A stretch of 64,000 nt of DNA, taken from the NCBI GenBank assembly GCA_963822965.1, contig CAWGJT010000015.1, forward strand, positions 160,001 to 224,000, given 5' to 3'. How positions within the stretch are numbered: the stretch's first letter is position 1; each line of letters starts with the position of its first letter. The notes beneath the pieces were generated by a model. It worked only from the letters and a program-made list of their open reading frames with translations, made no database searches and was not told the DNA's origin. A program made the translations under genes and the position numbers. Shown here piece after piece: positions 42,596 through 52,207 of the stretch. Source of the stretch: an uncultured delta proteobacterium. Its GTDB lineage: Bacteria; Myxococcota_A; UBA9160; UBA4427.

Positions 42596-43561
42596 GTGAC
42601 GCGCGAACGTTCGGGATCGGTCCTCGCTGGAGCGGGAATCGCGCTGCTGGCCGCGGTGGGGCTGCTCGTGGTCCCGAAAGCGGGCTTCGCGCGCGACTTC
42701 GAGGAAAGCCTCGCCCGCGTCGACGACGCGCTGCGAAAGAACCCCTCCCACGTGCTGGAGAACGCGCTCCAGTCGTGCCAGGGCCGGCGATCCTTCGCGA
42801 TCCAGCTCTTCCAGGTCGGCGAGGTCGCCCGCGCCGAACGCAGTCTCCGGTACTGCTTCGATCTTCTCGAGATTCCCGAGAATCCGCCCAAGACGGTGAC
42901 GGCGGCGGAGAAGCGCAGCATGGAGGAGATGCAGGCGCAGGCCGCACGCGAGGTCGAGCGCGCGCTGGCTCTCACCCCCAATCTCGAGAACGGCCTCGCC
43001 ATCTACCGCGAATGCTCCGGCTGCCACATGCCCGAGGGATGGGGTCTACAGAACGGATCCGTCCCCCAGATCGCGGGCCAGCACCGCAACGTCGTCATCA
43101 AGCAGCTCGCCGACGTCCGGGCCGGCAACCGGGATACCCTCCTGATGCTGCCCTACGCGTCCGTCGAGGCGATCGGCGGCACCCAGGCGGTCGCCGACGT
43201 GGCTGGCTACATCGACACCCTGGAGATCAGCGTCGAGACGGGCAAGGGGCCCGGCAAGGACCTCACCCTGGGCGCGCGCATCTACCGGGAGAAGTGCGCT
43301 GCCTGTCACGGCGAGACCGGAGAGGGCAACGAGGACAAGTTCGTGCCCCGCATCCAGGCCCAGCACTACAACTACCTGGTGCGGCAGTTCGAACGCATCC
43401 GCGACGGCGAGCGCCGCAACGCCAACCCCGACATGGTGGCCCAGATCCAGGGCTTCGAGGATCGGGACATCCATGCGGTCATGGACTACGTGTCGCGCCT
43501 CGAGCCGCCCGAGGCCATGCAGGCCCCGCCCGGCTGGCACAACCCCGACTTCGCGCGCTGA
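42596..43561 (+). CDS. Diheme cytochrome c4-like protein with N-terminal extension
   Basis: Signal peptide; CSGCH...PQIAGQH, CAACH...PRIQAQH. Confidence 0.85.
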   Translation: MTRERSGSVLAGAGIALLAAVGLLVVPKAGFARDFEESLARVDDALRKNPSHVLENALQSCQGRRSFAIQLFQVGEVARAERSLRYCFDLLEIPENPPKTVTAAEKRSMEEMQAQAAREVERALALTPNLENGLAIYRECSGCHMPEGWGLQNGSVPQIAGQHRNVVIKQLADVRAGNRDTLLMLPYASVEAIGGTQAVADVAGYIDTLEISVETGKGPGKDLTLGARIYREKCAACHGETGEGNEDKFVPRIQAQHYNYLVRQFERIRDGERRNANPDMVAQIQGFEDRDIHAVMDYVSRLEPPEAMQAPPGWHNPDFAR

Positions 43562-43600
43562 GCGGCGGGGTCACGCGCCCATCCGGAGGGCGGTTCGGCG

Positions 43601-44116
43601 CTATCGCTGCCAGTGCACCCGCAGCAGGTTCTCGGCGTCCGTGTAGTGGTAGTCGAGCTCGCCCTGGTAGGCGTGGTGAAGGGCATCGCCAATGGCGCGC
43701 GCCAGCTGGGCGTCGGTCGTGGCGATTTCGAGACCGCCGCCCTCGCCTTCCGGCTCGGCGATCCGCATGATGCGCTTCAGCGGATGCTCCTGCTTCTGCC
43801 GCTCCTCGAGGTTGTGGACCAAACCGCGGATCTCCTCGTCATGGGACGCGGCGAACTCGCCCTCCACCACCACCACGCCGGCGGGATAGTCGTCCTCGAC
43901 CCGGCGGCAGGCGGGGCACACCACGGAATGGGCGCCGACGGGCGGGGCCCCCCACGTCCAGCGCCCGGCCCGGTACATGGCGCCGCAGGACGTGCAGGCC
44001 GTCGGGTCGGGCAGCTTCTCCCGCAGACCGTACGCGTCGCCCTCGTGCTCCTGGATGAGACGATCCGTGCGCGGCTGGGACGCCGCCGGGTGGGTCTTCG
44101 ACCGCTTCCTTCGCAT
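43601..44116 (-). CDS. BCAM0308 family protein
   Basis: CTSCGAMYRAGRWTW, CPACRRVEDDYPAG, HPLKRIM; AGGAGG RBS. Confidence 0.85.
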   Translation of the reverse strand: MRRKRSKTHPAASQPRTDRLIQEHEGDAYGLREKLPDPTACTSCGAMYRAGRWTWGAPPVGAHSVVCPACRRVEDDYPAGVVVVEGEFAASHDEEIRGLVHNLEERQKQEHPLKRIMRIAEPEGEGGGLEIATTDAQLARAIGDALHHAYQGELDYHYTDAENLLRVHWQR

Positions 44117-44161
44117 CGTGCCACCTCCTGTTCGACGAACTCACCTCGCAGACCCATGCGG

Positions 44162-44177
44162 TGCAACGACCGTGCCT
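44162..44177 (-). promoter_or_regulatory. Putative sigma54 promoter of the BCAM0308-family gene
   Basis: AGGCACGGTCGTTGCA, near-consensus with GG-N10-GC. Confidence 0.6.
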
Positions 44178-44334
44178 GCGCACACGCTGCCGCAGGGCCT
44201 CCCAGGGTCCGCGGTGTCCGGAGATGTGGCCGAGTGCCCGCTCGGGGAGCGTGCCTGATGCACGCCGCCCCATCGCGGCGCGGCGCCGCGGCCGGCGGGC
44301 TGCCTTCGCCCATCCCGCAGGCAGAACGGGTCGA

Positions 44335-46182
44335 TCAGGCTCCGTCGAGCAGCTCGCGGATCCGCCCGGTGAGGGCGCCGGCGTCGAAGGGCTTCGCGAG
44401 GAGGGGAATTCCGGCCGAGAAGTCGGCCAGCAAGCGGTCGCTCAGGTGACCGGAGATCAACAGCACCTTCGTGCTCGGATGCTCGTTCGACATCCGCTCG
44501 GCCAGCTCGAAGCCGTTCATCCGCGGCATCACGACGTCGGCAACCAGGAGATCGAACGCCTGCTGCCGCCGTCCGGCGATCGCCAGCGCATCCTCGCCAC
44601 TGGCCGTCTCCGTCACCCGGTAGCCCGCGACCCGGAGCGCCCGGTGCAGGGCTTCCCGCAGATCCTGCTCGTCTTCGACCAGAAGGATCTCCTCCTGGCT
44701 TCCGTAGCTCCGGCGCCAGCCGGGGTCGGAGCCCACCTCGGCCTCGCCTTCGGCCAGGGGCCAGTAGAGCTCGAAGCGTGTGCCCCGGCCCAGCTCGCTC
44801 TCGACCCGAACGCGACCGTTCGCCTGGCTCACGATCCCATGGACGATCGACAGGCCCAGCCCTCCACCGCGTCCGGGCTCCTTGGTGGTGAAGAACGGAT
44901 CGAACGCGCGCTCGCGGGCCTCCGCGCTCATCCCGACGCCGTCGTCCTCGAAGGCCAGCCGCACGTAGCCATTGCGGGACGAGTCCCCGTCGGCCGCGGT
45001 CGAAGACGCCTCGGAGAAGTCGCTCCATCCATCCGCCACCGCACACGACGCCAGCTGCCAGCCAGGGCAGCGCGCGGTCTCGATCGTGAGCCGCCCCGGC
45101 TCGGTCATGGCGTCCCGCGCATTGATGGCCAGGTTGATCAGCACCTGCTGGAGCTGGTCGATGTTGCCGGAGATGTACTGAGGCTCCGGCGCGAGCTGCA
45201 GCACCAGCTCGATGTGACTCGGCATCATGTGCCGCAGCATCGTCTCCGAGTCCACGATCACCACGTTCAGGTCCAGGCACTCGATCTGAACGTGGCTGCG
45301 ACGCCCCAGCGTGAGGAGCTGCTGAGTGAGCGCCGCCGCCTGACGCGTCGCCTTCTGGATCTGGTCGACCTCCTTGCGCAGGGTGCTCCCGGGAGGGAGA
45401 CCTGCCAGCACCAGCTCGGCATACACGCCGATGGTCGTCACGAGGTTGTTGAAGTCGTGAGCGACACCACCCGCGAGACGCCCGACCGCCTCCATCTTGT
45501 GGGTGACTCGCAGCTCGTCCTCGAGCCGTGTGCGCTCTTCCATCTCGTCGCGCAAGCGTTGGTTCGTGCTCGACAGCTGCAGGGTGCGGTCGTGAACCTG
45601 CTGCTGGAGCTCGCGTCGCTGCGCGAGCTGGCCGGACAAGCTCGAGTATGCGAAGAGCAGGACCGGCACCGTCCCGCCCCAGTAGGCCGCCTTGCGACCA
45701 TCGGGCGCGAGGACGAAGAGGGTCGTGCCGAGCAGCCCGACGAAGACGCCGTAGGCGATCATCACGCGAATGGATCGGATGAAGAGGACGGTGGCGAACA
45801 CCGCGATCGACGAGCCCACCGCGAAGAAGGGCGCCATCTGGTTGAGCGAGGCGAGCACGAAGAGATGCAGGGTGACGACCGAGGCTAGAACGGACACCGC
45901 GTTGCGCATGGCAGGGCGCGGGATCGGGCGGACGAGATGGACGATGGGCACCGCCAGGAAGCCGGAGCCGATGAGGAGCCAGATACCGAGCGGATCGATC
46001 GTGTCCCGCGGAGCGGCCAGGTGCCAGAAGGGATAGACGAGGCCCGGGATCACGAACGCCTGCAGCAGGAACGCCCAGTCCGACGGCTCGGCATTTCCCG
46101 GGCGCTGCCCCGCGGCGGGCGTCGGCGGCAGGTGCTCCAGCCGTATCGATGCGTTGGGCTCGTAGAACTCGCTGTCCGCCAT
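44335..46182 (-). CDS. Membrane hybrid histidine kinase / receiver
   Basis: Several TM helices, AHDFNNL, NARDAM, DDGVG, FFTTK, REC ADVVMP. Confidence 0.9.
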   Translation of the reverse strand: MADSEFYEPNASIRLEHLPPTPAAGQRPGNAEPSDWAFLLQAFVIPGLVYPFWHLAAPRDTIDPLGIWLLIGSGFLAVPIVHLVRPIPRPAMRNAVSVLASVVTLHLFVLASLNQMAPFFAVGSSIAVFATVLFIRSIRVMIAYGVFVGLLGTTLFVLAPDGRKAAYWGGTVPVLLFAYSSLSGQLAQRRELQQQVHDRTLQLSSTNQRLRDEMEERTRLEDELRVTHKMEAVGRLAGGVAHDFNNLVTTIGVYAELVLAGLPPGSTLRKEVDQIQKATRQAAALTQQLLTLGRRSHVQIECLDLNVVIVDSETMLRHMMPSHIELVLQLAPEPQYISGNIDQLQQVLINLAINARDAMTEPGRLTIETARCPGWQLASCAVADGWSDFSEASSTAADGDSSRNGYVRLAFEDDGVGMSAEARERAFDPFFTTKEPGRGGGLGLSIVHGIVSQANGRVRVESELGRGTRFELYWPLAEGEAEVGSDPGWRRSYGSQEEILLVEDEQDLREALHRALRVAGYRVTETASGEDALAIAGRRQQAFDLLVADVVMPRMNGFELAERMSNEHPSTKVLLISGHLSDRLLADFSAGIPLLAKPFDAGALTGRIRELLDGA

Positions 46183-46234
46183 CCTGCCCGACCCCTGCGA
46201 CATAGTACTGCGCGCCGGGACCTGGGCAACAAGC

Positions 46235-47107
46235 TCAACCGGGATCCGGCGCCATCCAATCGATCCCGGGCGGGATCTCGATCCCTCGACGGATGCGCTC
46301 GAGCACGCTCTTCCGCGTCCACCCGAGCCGATGCAGCTGGGGAACGTCCCGCATCACCGACCACGCGACGATCGGGAGCAGCAATCGAGCTGCACGCAGA
46401 CCCCATCTCCCGACCTTCGCTCGCAGATAGGCGACGTGGAAGACCTCGTCGATCCACACCTCGGTCAGGAGCGAGCGGAGACGCTCAGCCACCTCGGGCT
46501 GCTCTTCGAACATGTCCGCCCCCTCGCGCAGCAGCTTGAATACTTCGCTACCGAGCACCTCGCCGGCGAGGATCGGCACCCATCGCACCCGCTCGGGCAG
46601 GTGCATCATCAAATGGATCATCGCGCGCTGCACGCGAGCGGGCAGGCGCCTCTCGGGCTCGATCCCGCAGGTGCGGCAGAGGGATGAGAGGATGCGTGTG
46701 TGATAGTGCTCCTCCAGCATCAGATGGAGATATAGGGGGTCGGCCGAGGCTGCGCGCTCGGGCTCACGGAAGAAGCGCGACAGCTCGACGTCCACGCCGT
46801 AGGACTCGCCGAGATTGGCCTTGGCTGTGGCGACGAGCCACACGGTGCGCCTGTCGATGTCGGGATTGCCGGTCTCGCGCAGGTGCTGGTAGAAGCCGTC
46901 GAGATCGAGCGGTCCCACCCACTCGACGGGCTTCGCATCGAGCTCCTGGAACCACCGCTCGCGCCGGCCGAGACGGCGTCGCTCGACGTCGAGCGATCCG
47001 TCGCGGTCGGACAGAAACTCGAGGTAGCCTGCGAGGTGTCTCTTCCGTGTCTCGAGCTCGAGGGGCCGAAACGGATCGAACGAACGAAGCCTCGTGGACG
47101 AAGTCAT
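46235..47107 (-). CDS. Uncharacterised ferritin-like (diiron) protein
   Basis: GESYG, EEHYH, GEVLG, DEVFH; ATGA overlap with amidohydrolase. Confidence 0.65.
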   Translation of the reverse strand: MTSSTRLRSFDPFRPLELETRKRHLAGYLEFLSDRDGSLDVERRRLGRRERWFQELDAKPVEWVGPLDLDGFYQHLRETGNPDIDRRTVWLVATAKANLGESYGVDVELSRFFREPERAASADPLYLHLMLEEHYHTRILSSLCRTCGIEPERRLPARVQRAMIHLMMHLPERVRWVPILAGEVLGSEVFKLLREGADMFEEQPEVAERLRSLLTEVWIDEVFHVAYLRAKVGRWGLRAARLLLPIVAWSVMRDVPQLHRLGWTRKSVLERIRRGIEIPPGIDWMAPDPG

Positions 47108-48519
47108 GCGCATGCCTCCAGTGTCGTGGGCGTGTAGTCCGGGCGCCGATTCTCCGGCGCCGCGATGCGCCCTCGGAGTCGGTCTCCGTAGAAATCGAGT
47201 GCGTTGGTGGAGAGCAAGCGCACCGCATGGTCGCGGTCGACACCCGGCTGCCCGGCCGCGAGGCCCACGCAATCGCGCAGCGTCGCATCCCAGTGCCCGT
47301 AGTCGACAGCCATGCCACAGAGGCGACGTCCCACCGGACCGAGTGCCTGCGGCAGATATCCCGGTGACGGATCGTCCGGCTCGACGGTGAGGAAGATCTG
47401 GCCGCGCTCGAGGTACTCCCGCGGGTCGCGTGGCAGGTTCGGATGCTCGTAACGGAACGCTTCGAGCTCCTCCGCCGAGGCCTTCTCCTCGCGGCCCGGC
47501 GCCAGCACCGCCATCAGCTGCCGCGCCTTGCGGAGCAGACCGACGTTCCCCGCGGCGCCGGGCTCCCGGGCGAACTCCACGAGGAAGTCGCGAATCGAGG
47601 GCTGCAAGCTGGGATCGAAGTCGCGGATCCGCTTCTGCCAGTGCTCGTGGAGATTGTGGATGAAGTCCGGAAGCCAGCCGGCGCCTGCCTCGAGGAAGCC
47701 GACCCGCAGCCGGGGCAAGACCTCGAGAACACCGTCGAAGATGAGCTGGGCCATGGCGGCCTGCTGCATGCCGCGATTGGCGAACGCGTGCACGAGGGTG
47801 AAGTTGTCGAGCTGGTCCGCACAGCCTGCCGCGAGCTGGACGCCGGGCGCTCCGTGGAGCCCGATCGCCACGTCGAGCCGCTCCGCTTCCGCGAGGAGCG
47901 GACGGAAGTCCGGGTGCGAGAGCGGCTTGGCGATGCGGATCTCGGGAAAGCTCGCCGGTGCGGCGGGATGGGGCACCGGGACGTGCGGCGCAGTGCTCAC
48001 CGCGGCCATCGAGAGGGCGCCGACGCAACGTCGCAGCTCCGCCACCGCCTCGACCGGGTCTCGAAGTGGGAGCATGCCGACGGGGTGCAGCCGATCGGCG
48101 TAGGGCGCGCAATCGTCGTGGATGTAGTCGTTGTAGGCACGGCACAGGACGACTGCGAGCTCGGGGTCGATGACCGAGTTGAAGGCGAGCGCCATCGAGC
48201 CGTAGACCACTTGGTGCTCGATTCCCTCACGGTCCATGTGGGCCAGTCGAATACGGTTGAAGAGACCTCCCAGCGTGCTCTCCTCGTGATAAGGCCGATA
48301 GGTCCCCTTGCCCAACCCCTCGACCTGGAGGAAGACACGGGGCAGATCGGGGAGTCCCGTCCGGGGATCCACGTCGAGGATTCGAAAGCGCTGTTCGCCG
48401 TAGCGGTCACGGACCAGCGTGAACCGGCTCCGGTGCTCGCGCGGAATGAAGTCGAAGAAGACAGCCGGGTTCTCGCACTTGTGGCTGTCGGCATCGATGA
48501 CGGGATGTCCGTCGATCAT
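47104..48519 (-). CDS. Amidohydrolase family protein (Amidohydro_2-like)
   Basis: VIDADSH, RAYNDY, IGLHG, FLEAGAGW, DYGHWD. Confidence 0.85.
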   Translation of the reverse strand: MIDGHPVIDADSHKCENPAVFFDFIPREHRSRFTLVRDRYGEQRFRILDVDPRTGLPDLPRVFLQVEGLGKGTYRPYHEESTLGGLFNRIRLAHMDREGIEHQVVYGSMALAFNSVIDPELAVVLCRAYNDYIHDDCAPYADRLHPVGMLPLRDPVEAVAELRRCVGALSMAAVSTAPHVPVPHPAAPASFPEIRIAKPLSHPDFRPLLAEAERLDVAIGLHGAPGVQLAAGCADQLDNFTLVHAFANRGMQQAAMAQLIFDGVLEVLPRLRVGFLEAGAGWLPDFIHNLHEHWQKRIRDFDPSLQPSIRDFLVEFAREPGAAGNVGLLRKARQLMAVLAPGREEKASAEELEAFRYEHPNLPRDPREYLERGQIFLTVEPDDPSPGYLPQALGPVGRRLCGMAVDYGHWDATLRDCVGLAAGQPGVDRDHAVRLLSTNALDFYGDRLRGRIAAPENRRPDYTPTTLEACA

Positions 48520-48735
48520 GCAAGGCCCTCCACGCTAGACATCGCCGCAAGGGCGCACTGCCTGAAGGACCGAGCACCGGCGCGCCAAGGGCGCTCGCCG
48601 CGATGGAGCGTGGGCCGGCCGTACTGCAACCAGGGGGCACCCCAGGTGTTGGTTGGGGCTCATGCACAGCATGCAAGCAGTCTTGCGTCTGTGGTCCTGG
48701 GACCCGGGCCGCCGACCCGTGGCGCAGCGGCTGTC

Positions 48736-49293
48736 CTACCGACCTCGACCGCGGGTGATCTGCTGGACGGCCTGGCGCGAGACGTCCAGTAGACGCGCGG
48801 CACCGCTCCGGCTTCCGTGGGCGAGGGCCAGAGCCTGGTTCACCATCACGCTGCGAACTCGCTGCTGGAACTCACGCATGGGGACCCGACCCACGCAGGC
48901 CTGGACCAGCGCGTCGACCTGAGGGGCCTCCCGAGCGACGCGATCGATGGCTTCGGACAGATCCTGCAGAGTGAAGGGCTTGGAGAGGTAGGCCCGAACG
49001 CCGATCTCGGCGAGCCGGAAGCCTTCCCGGGCGGAAGCCTCGCCGCTGACCGCCATCCGCAGCGGGGCCGGCGAGAGGCTGGCAGCGCGATCGAGAACGT
49101 CGAAGCCCGACCCGTCGGGGAGGCACACGTCACAGACGAGGAGATCGGGGGCGGGATCCAACAGTGCCAGGGCACCGAGGGTCGTGCCGGCCTCCAGCAC
49201 CGTGAACCCCCTCTCGCGCAGGCTGGCGGCGATCGCCCGCCGCAAGGGTGCGTGGTCTTCCACGACGAGGACGCGTTCGATCGACGCTGACAC
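48736..49293 (-). CDS. Response regulator with Fis-type HTH (RegA-like architecture)
   Basis: VVEDH, CDVCLPDG, YLSKP, GSRSGAARLLDVSRQ. Confidence 0.85.
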   Translation of the reverse strand: MSASIERVLVVEDHAPLRRAIAASLRERGFTVLEAGTTLGALALLDPAPDLLVCDVCLPDGSGFDVLDRAASLSPAPLRMAVSGEASAREGFRLAEIGVRAYLSKPFTLQDLSEAIDRVAREAPQVDALVQACVGRVPMREFQQRVRSVMVNQALALAHGSRSGAARLLDVSRQAVQQITRGRGR

Positions 49294-49349
49294 GCCCCCA
49301 GTATACGCGGTTCCAGACCGGACGTGCCGTCCTCGGGAGGGGCCGACTC

Positions 49350-50147
49350 TCAGCGCTCGATCAGGACCAGCTCGATGAGCTTGCGGTTCCGTCGCAGCAG
49401 GCTCCTCGTGAGCAGCTGGAGCAGCCGCTGGCCCAACAGGGGCTTGGCGATCCGGAGATACGAGAAGGAAGCCCGCGAGATCTCGAGGAGACTCGTCCGG
49501 GAGTCGGCGATCGCGGTCTCCTGGTTCGGAAGGTCGGCGACGAGTGAGACCCCGCCAAAGACCCGTCCCGCCTTCAGGCGCTCCAGGACCATTCGGCGGC
49601 GGTCGCCGAGGGTGACCTCGAGGCGGACCTCCCCGCTCACGACCAGGAAGATGGAATCATCCCCAGGACGGCACTCGTCCTGACGATAGATCTCGCGACG
49701 CGGCGACACGATCCGGTAGCGGCTGCAGTCCGCCAGGCTGTTGGCGTCGTCCGGGCAGACCCCCCCCAGATCCGACCGGCCGAAGAGGAAGAGCGCGAGA
49801 TCCTTGCTCGCATCGTGCACGGCCTCCCACAGGCGAGCCTGCTCTGCCTTGCCGACGTCCACGAAACGGATACCCGTGAGACGCGAGTCGTCGCCGCGCG
49901 CCTCCGCCTGCCAGCGCCCCTCCGCCTTCAGGTCGAGGGAGCCGCCCGGGAGCCCGAGGCACACGCGTCGGATCGCTTTGAAGGACACCAGCGTCTGCGT
50001 CGCCACGCACATCCCTCCCACGCTGAGGTCCCGCGCCGCGGCCAGCAACGAGCCGGGGAAATCGCCGCTGAAGATCTCCACCGGGAACTCGACACCTACC
50101 CGGGGATCTGCCCGGGCGTCGAGCAGGATCTCGGCGGCTTCCGTCAT
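49350..50147 (-). CDS. PilZ + cyclic-nucleotide-binding domain protein
   Basis: RADPR and DLSVGG; IYRQDE, FLVVSGEV, GRVFG; start uncertain. Confidence 0.8.
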   Translation of the reverse strand: MTEAAEILLDARADPRVGVEFPVEIFSGDFPGSLLAAARDLSVGGMCVATQTLVSFKAIRRVCLGLPGGSLDLKAEGRWQAEARGDDSRLTGIRFVDVGKAEQARLWEAVHDASKDLALFLFGRSDLGGVCPDDANSLADCSRYRIVSPRREIYRQDECRPGDDSIFLVVSGEVRLEVTLGDRRRMVLERLKAGRVFGGVSLVADLPNQETAIADSRTSLLEISRASFSYLRIAKPLLGQRLLQLLTRSLLRRNRKLIELVLIER

Positions 50148-50362
50148 GCGCAGCGGCACTTCGGCGTTGAGTGCGTTCGTCATCGAGGAGCTCCAGCGGG
50201 GGGCGCGTTCAGACCTCATCGGCAGGCGCGCGTCCGAATCGGCCGCGACAAGCTCGCATTTCCACGGACTATTTCGCCCGGCGGTCTGCCAGGCAGACGC
50301 CCGTGGTGTGTCGGTCGAAAGGGGCCGTTCATCCGGCATTCACCGGAGAAGGACCGACCGCC

Positions 50363-51007
50363 TCAGGGGGCGACCAGCTCCTCGCGGATCGCGATGCGCA
50401 CCAGGCTGGACGCCTTGTTGACACCCAGCTTGCGCATCAAGTGCGAGCGGTGGCTGTCTACGGTGCGGGGAGAAATGTGAAGAACGCGAGCGATTTCCTT
50501 GCTCGCTCGTCCCTCTGCGATGTGCTGGAGCACCTCGCGTTCCCGACCGGTGAGCGAGGCGATGCCGCTTTCCGGCGAACGTGTGGCGCCGCGGCCGACG
50601 GCATCGATCATCGATCGGGTGACCACGGGAGACAGATAGGACTTGCCACGAGCCACGGCGTCGATTGCCTCGAAGAGCTCCCGGGAACACGCGCTCTTCG
50701 CGACGTACGCCGTCGCACCGGCGCGAAGGCACCGCTCCACCACGGACTGTTGCTCGTGAACCGACAGGATGATGATTCGCGCCGCGGAATCGCGCCGAAT
50801 GATTTCGACCGTCGCCTCGGTCCCCGACAGATGCGGCAGCCAGACGTCCATGATGATGATGTCCGGATGGAGCCGCGCCGCCAGGTCGACGGCCTCGAGG
50901 CCGTCACCCGCCTGTCCGACCACGGTGAGGCCCGAGCGGGCACTGAGCATCGCCGCAAGCCCCTCCCGGAGAACCGCATGGTCATCGACGAGAAGAACCC
51001 TCACCAC
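50363..51007 (-). CDS. NarL/LuxR family response regulator
   Basis: VDDH, MDVWLP, LTGREREVL, ISPRTVDSHR. Confidence 0.92.
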   Translation of the reverse strand: MVRVLLVDDHAVLREGLAAMLSARSGLTVVGQAGDGLEAVDLAARLHPDIIIMDVWLPHLSGTEATVEIIRRDSAARIIILSVHEQQSVVERCLRAGATAYVAKSACSRELFEAIDAVARGKSYLSPVVTRSMIDAVGRGATRSPESGIASLTGREREVLQHIAEGRASKEIARVLHISPRTVDSHRSHLMRKLGVNKASSLVRIAIREELVAP

Positions 51008-51265
51008 CCACCCCCAGCGCCCCGAACGGGACGTGGTTGAGTGTAGGTGATGATGAAAGCGCTGCTAGCCTACGGCGACGCAGCGCAACGCAGCCAGTGG
51101 CGATGCATCGGCGTCAGGGCGGCGCGAGGTGTCTTGGGTCAGGCTCCTAGTCGTCACCGCCTGCCTCACGATCGAGACGAAGAGCCGAACGCAGATTCCG
51201 GGCCGTTTCACCACGTTCGCGAGTCACGTCTGAGGTGGTCAACGCAAGGAGCCTTGCCCCCACCC

Positions 51266-51910
51266 TCAGGCGGAGACGATCCCTTCGCGAATCGCGTAGC
51301 GCACCAACGAGGACGCCTTCCGAATCCCCACTCGACCCATCAGCTTCGCGCGGTGCGTCTGCGCGGTCTTCACCGAGATGCCGAGCTCCTCGGCGATCTC
51401 CTTGGTACTGAGACCTTCGGCAATGAGCTGCAGCACCTCGCGCTGCCGATTCGTCAGCTCGCCTTCGGGTCCCGCCGTGCCGCGCCCCGTGGCCCGCAGG
51501 GCGGACACCACGTGGTCGGCGAGTGCGGGTGCCAGGTACGAGCGTCCCCGCGCCACGGCACGGATCGCGTCCAGGAGCTCCGCCGAGGACGAGCTCTTCG
51601 GCACGAAACCGGTGGCCCCGGACAAGAGAGCCTGGCGAACCTGTGAGTCCCCCTCTACGCCCGAGAGGACGATGCAGGCGGTGGTGGGGCTCTCCTCCCG
51701 GATCCGACGGACGGTCTCGGCGCTCGAGAGACGCCGAAGCTGCTCCTCCAGGACGACGACGTCCGGGTGGTGCTCACGCGCGAACGCGACCGCCCCGCGC
51801 CCGTCGGCGGCCTCGCCAGTCACCTCGAGCCCCGACTGCGCGGCCAGGATCGCTCGTAGCCCCTCCCGCACGAGCTGCAGCGAGTCCACGATCAGAACGG
51901 ACGTCTTCAC
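51266..51910 (-). CDS. NarL/LuxR family regulator with atypical receiver
   Basis: VDSL, VVVLEEQL, FVPKS, LTNRQREVL, ISVKTAQTHR. Confidence 0.88.
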   Translation of the reverse strand: MKTSVLIVDSLQLVREGLRAILAAQSGLEVTGEAADGRGAVAFAREHHPDVVVLEEQLRRLSSAETVRRIREESPTTACIVLSGVEGDSQVRQALLSGATGFVPKSSSSAELLDAIRAVARGRSYLAPALADHVVSALRATGRGTAGPEGELTNRQREVLQLIAEGLSTKEIAEELGISVKTAQTHRAKLMGRVGIRKASSLVRYAIREGIVSA

Positions 51911-52207
51911 GTCTCCCCCTCCATGATTCGCCCCGTTCTCGAGGACGACCTTCGACTCATCGGGACTCGCGCACTTCGCTCCATGCGCAGACCTACCGAA
52001 ACCCAGATCGATTTCGGCGGACGAGAAGTCGGTTGTAGTACGTACGTCGATGGGGATTTCCACCGTGATCGGCACGTCACGTCGAACGAGTATCGGAACG
52101 CACCGACCATGCCGCTCAGGATGCGTGCTTCCACGGATCAAGCGGGCCTGCCCCGGAGTCGATGCAGGCGTGGCAGGAAACTCGAAAACGCCTGCGAGCG
52201 AGGACTC

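Noticed and set aside
51911..52207. Riboswitch or sRNA in the long divergent intergenic region
   Set aside because: Only short hairpins seen; no recognisable aptamer consensus without a covariance search
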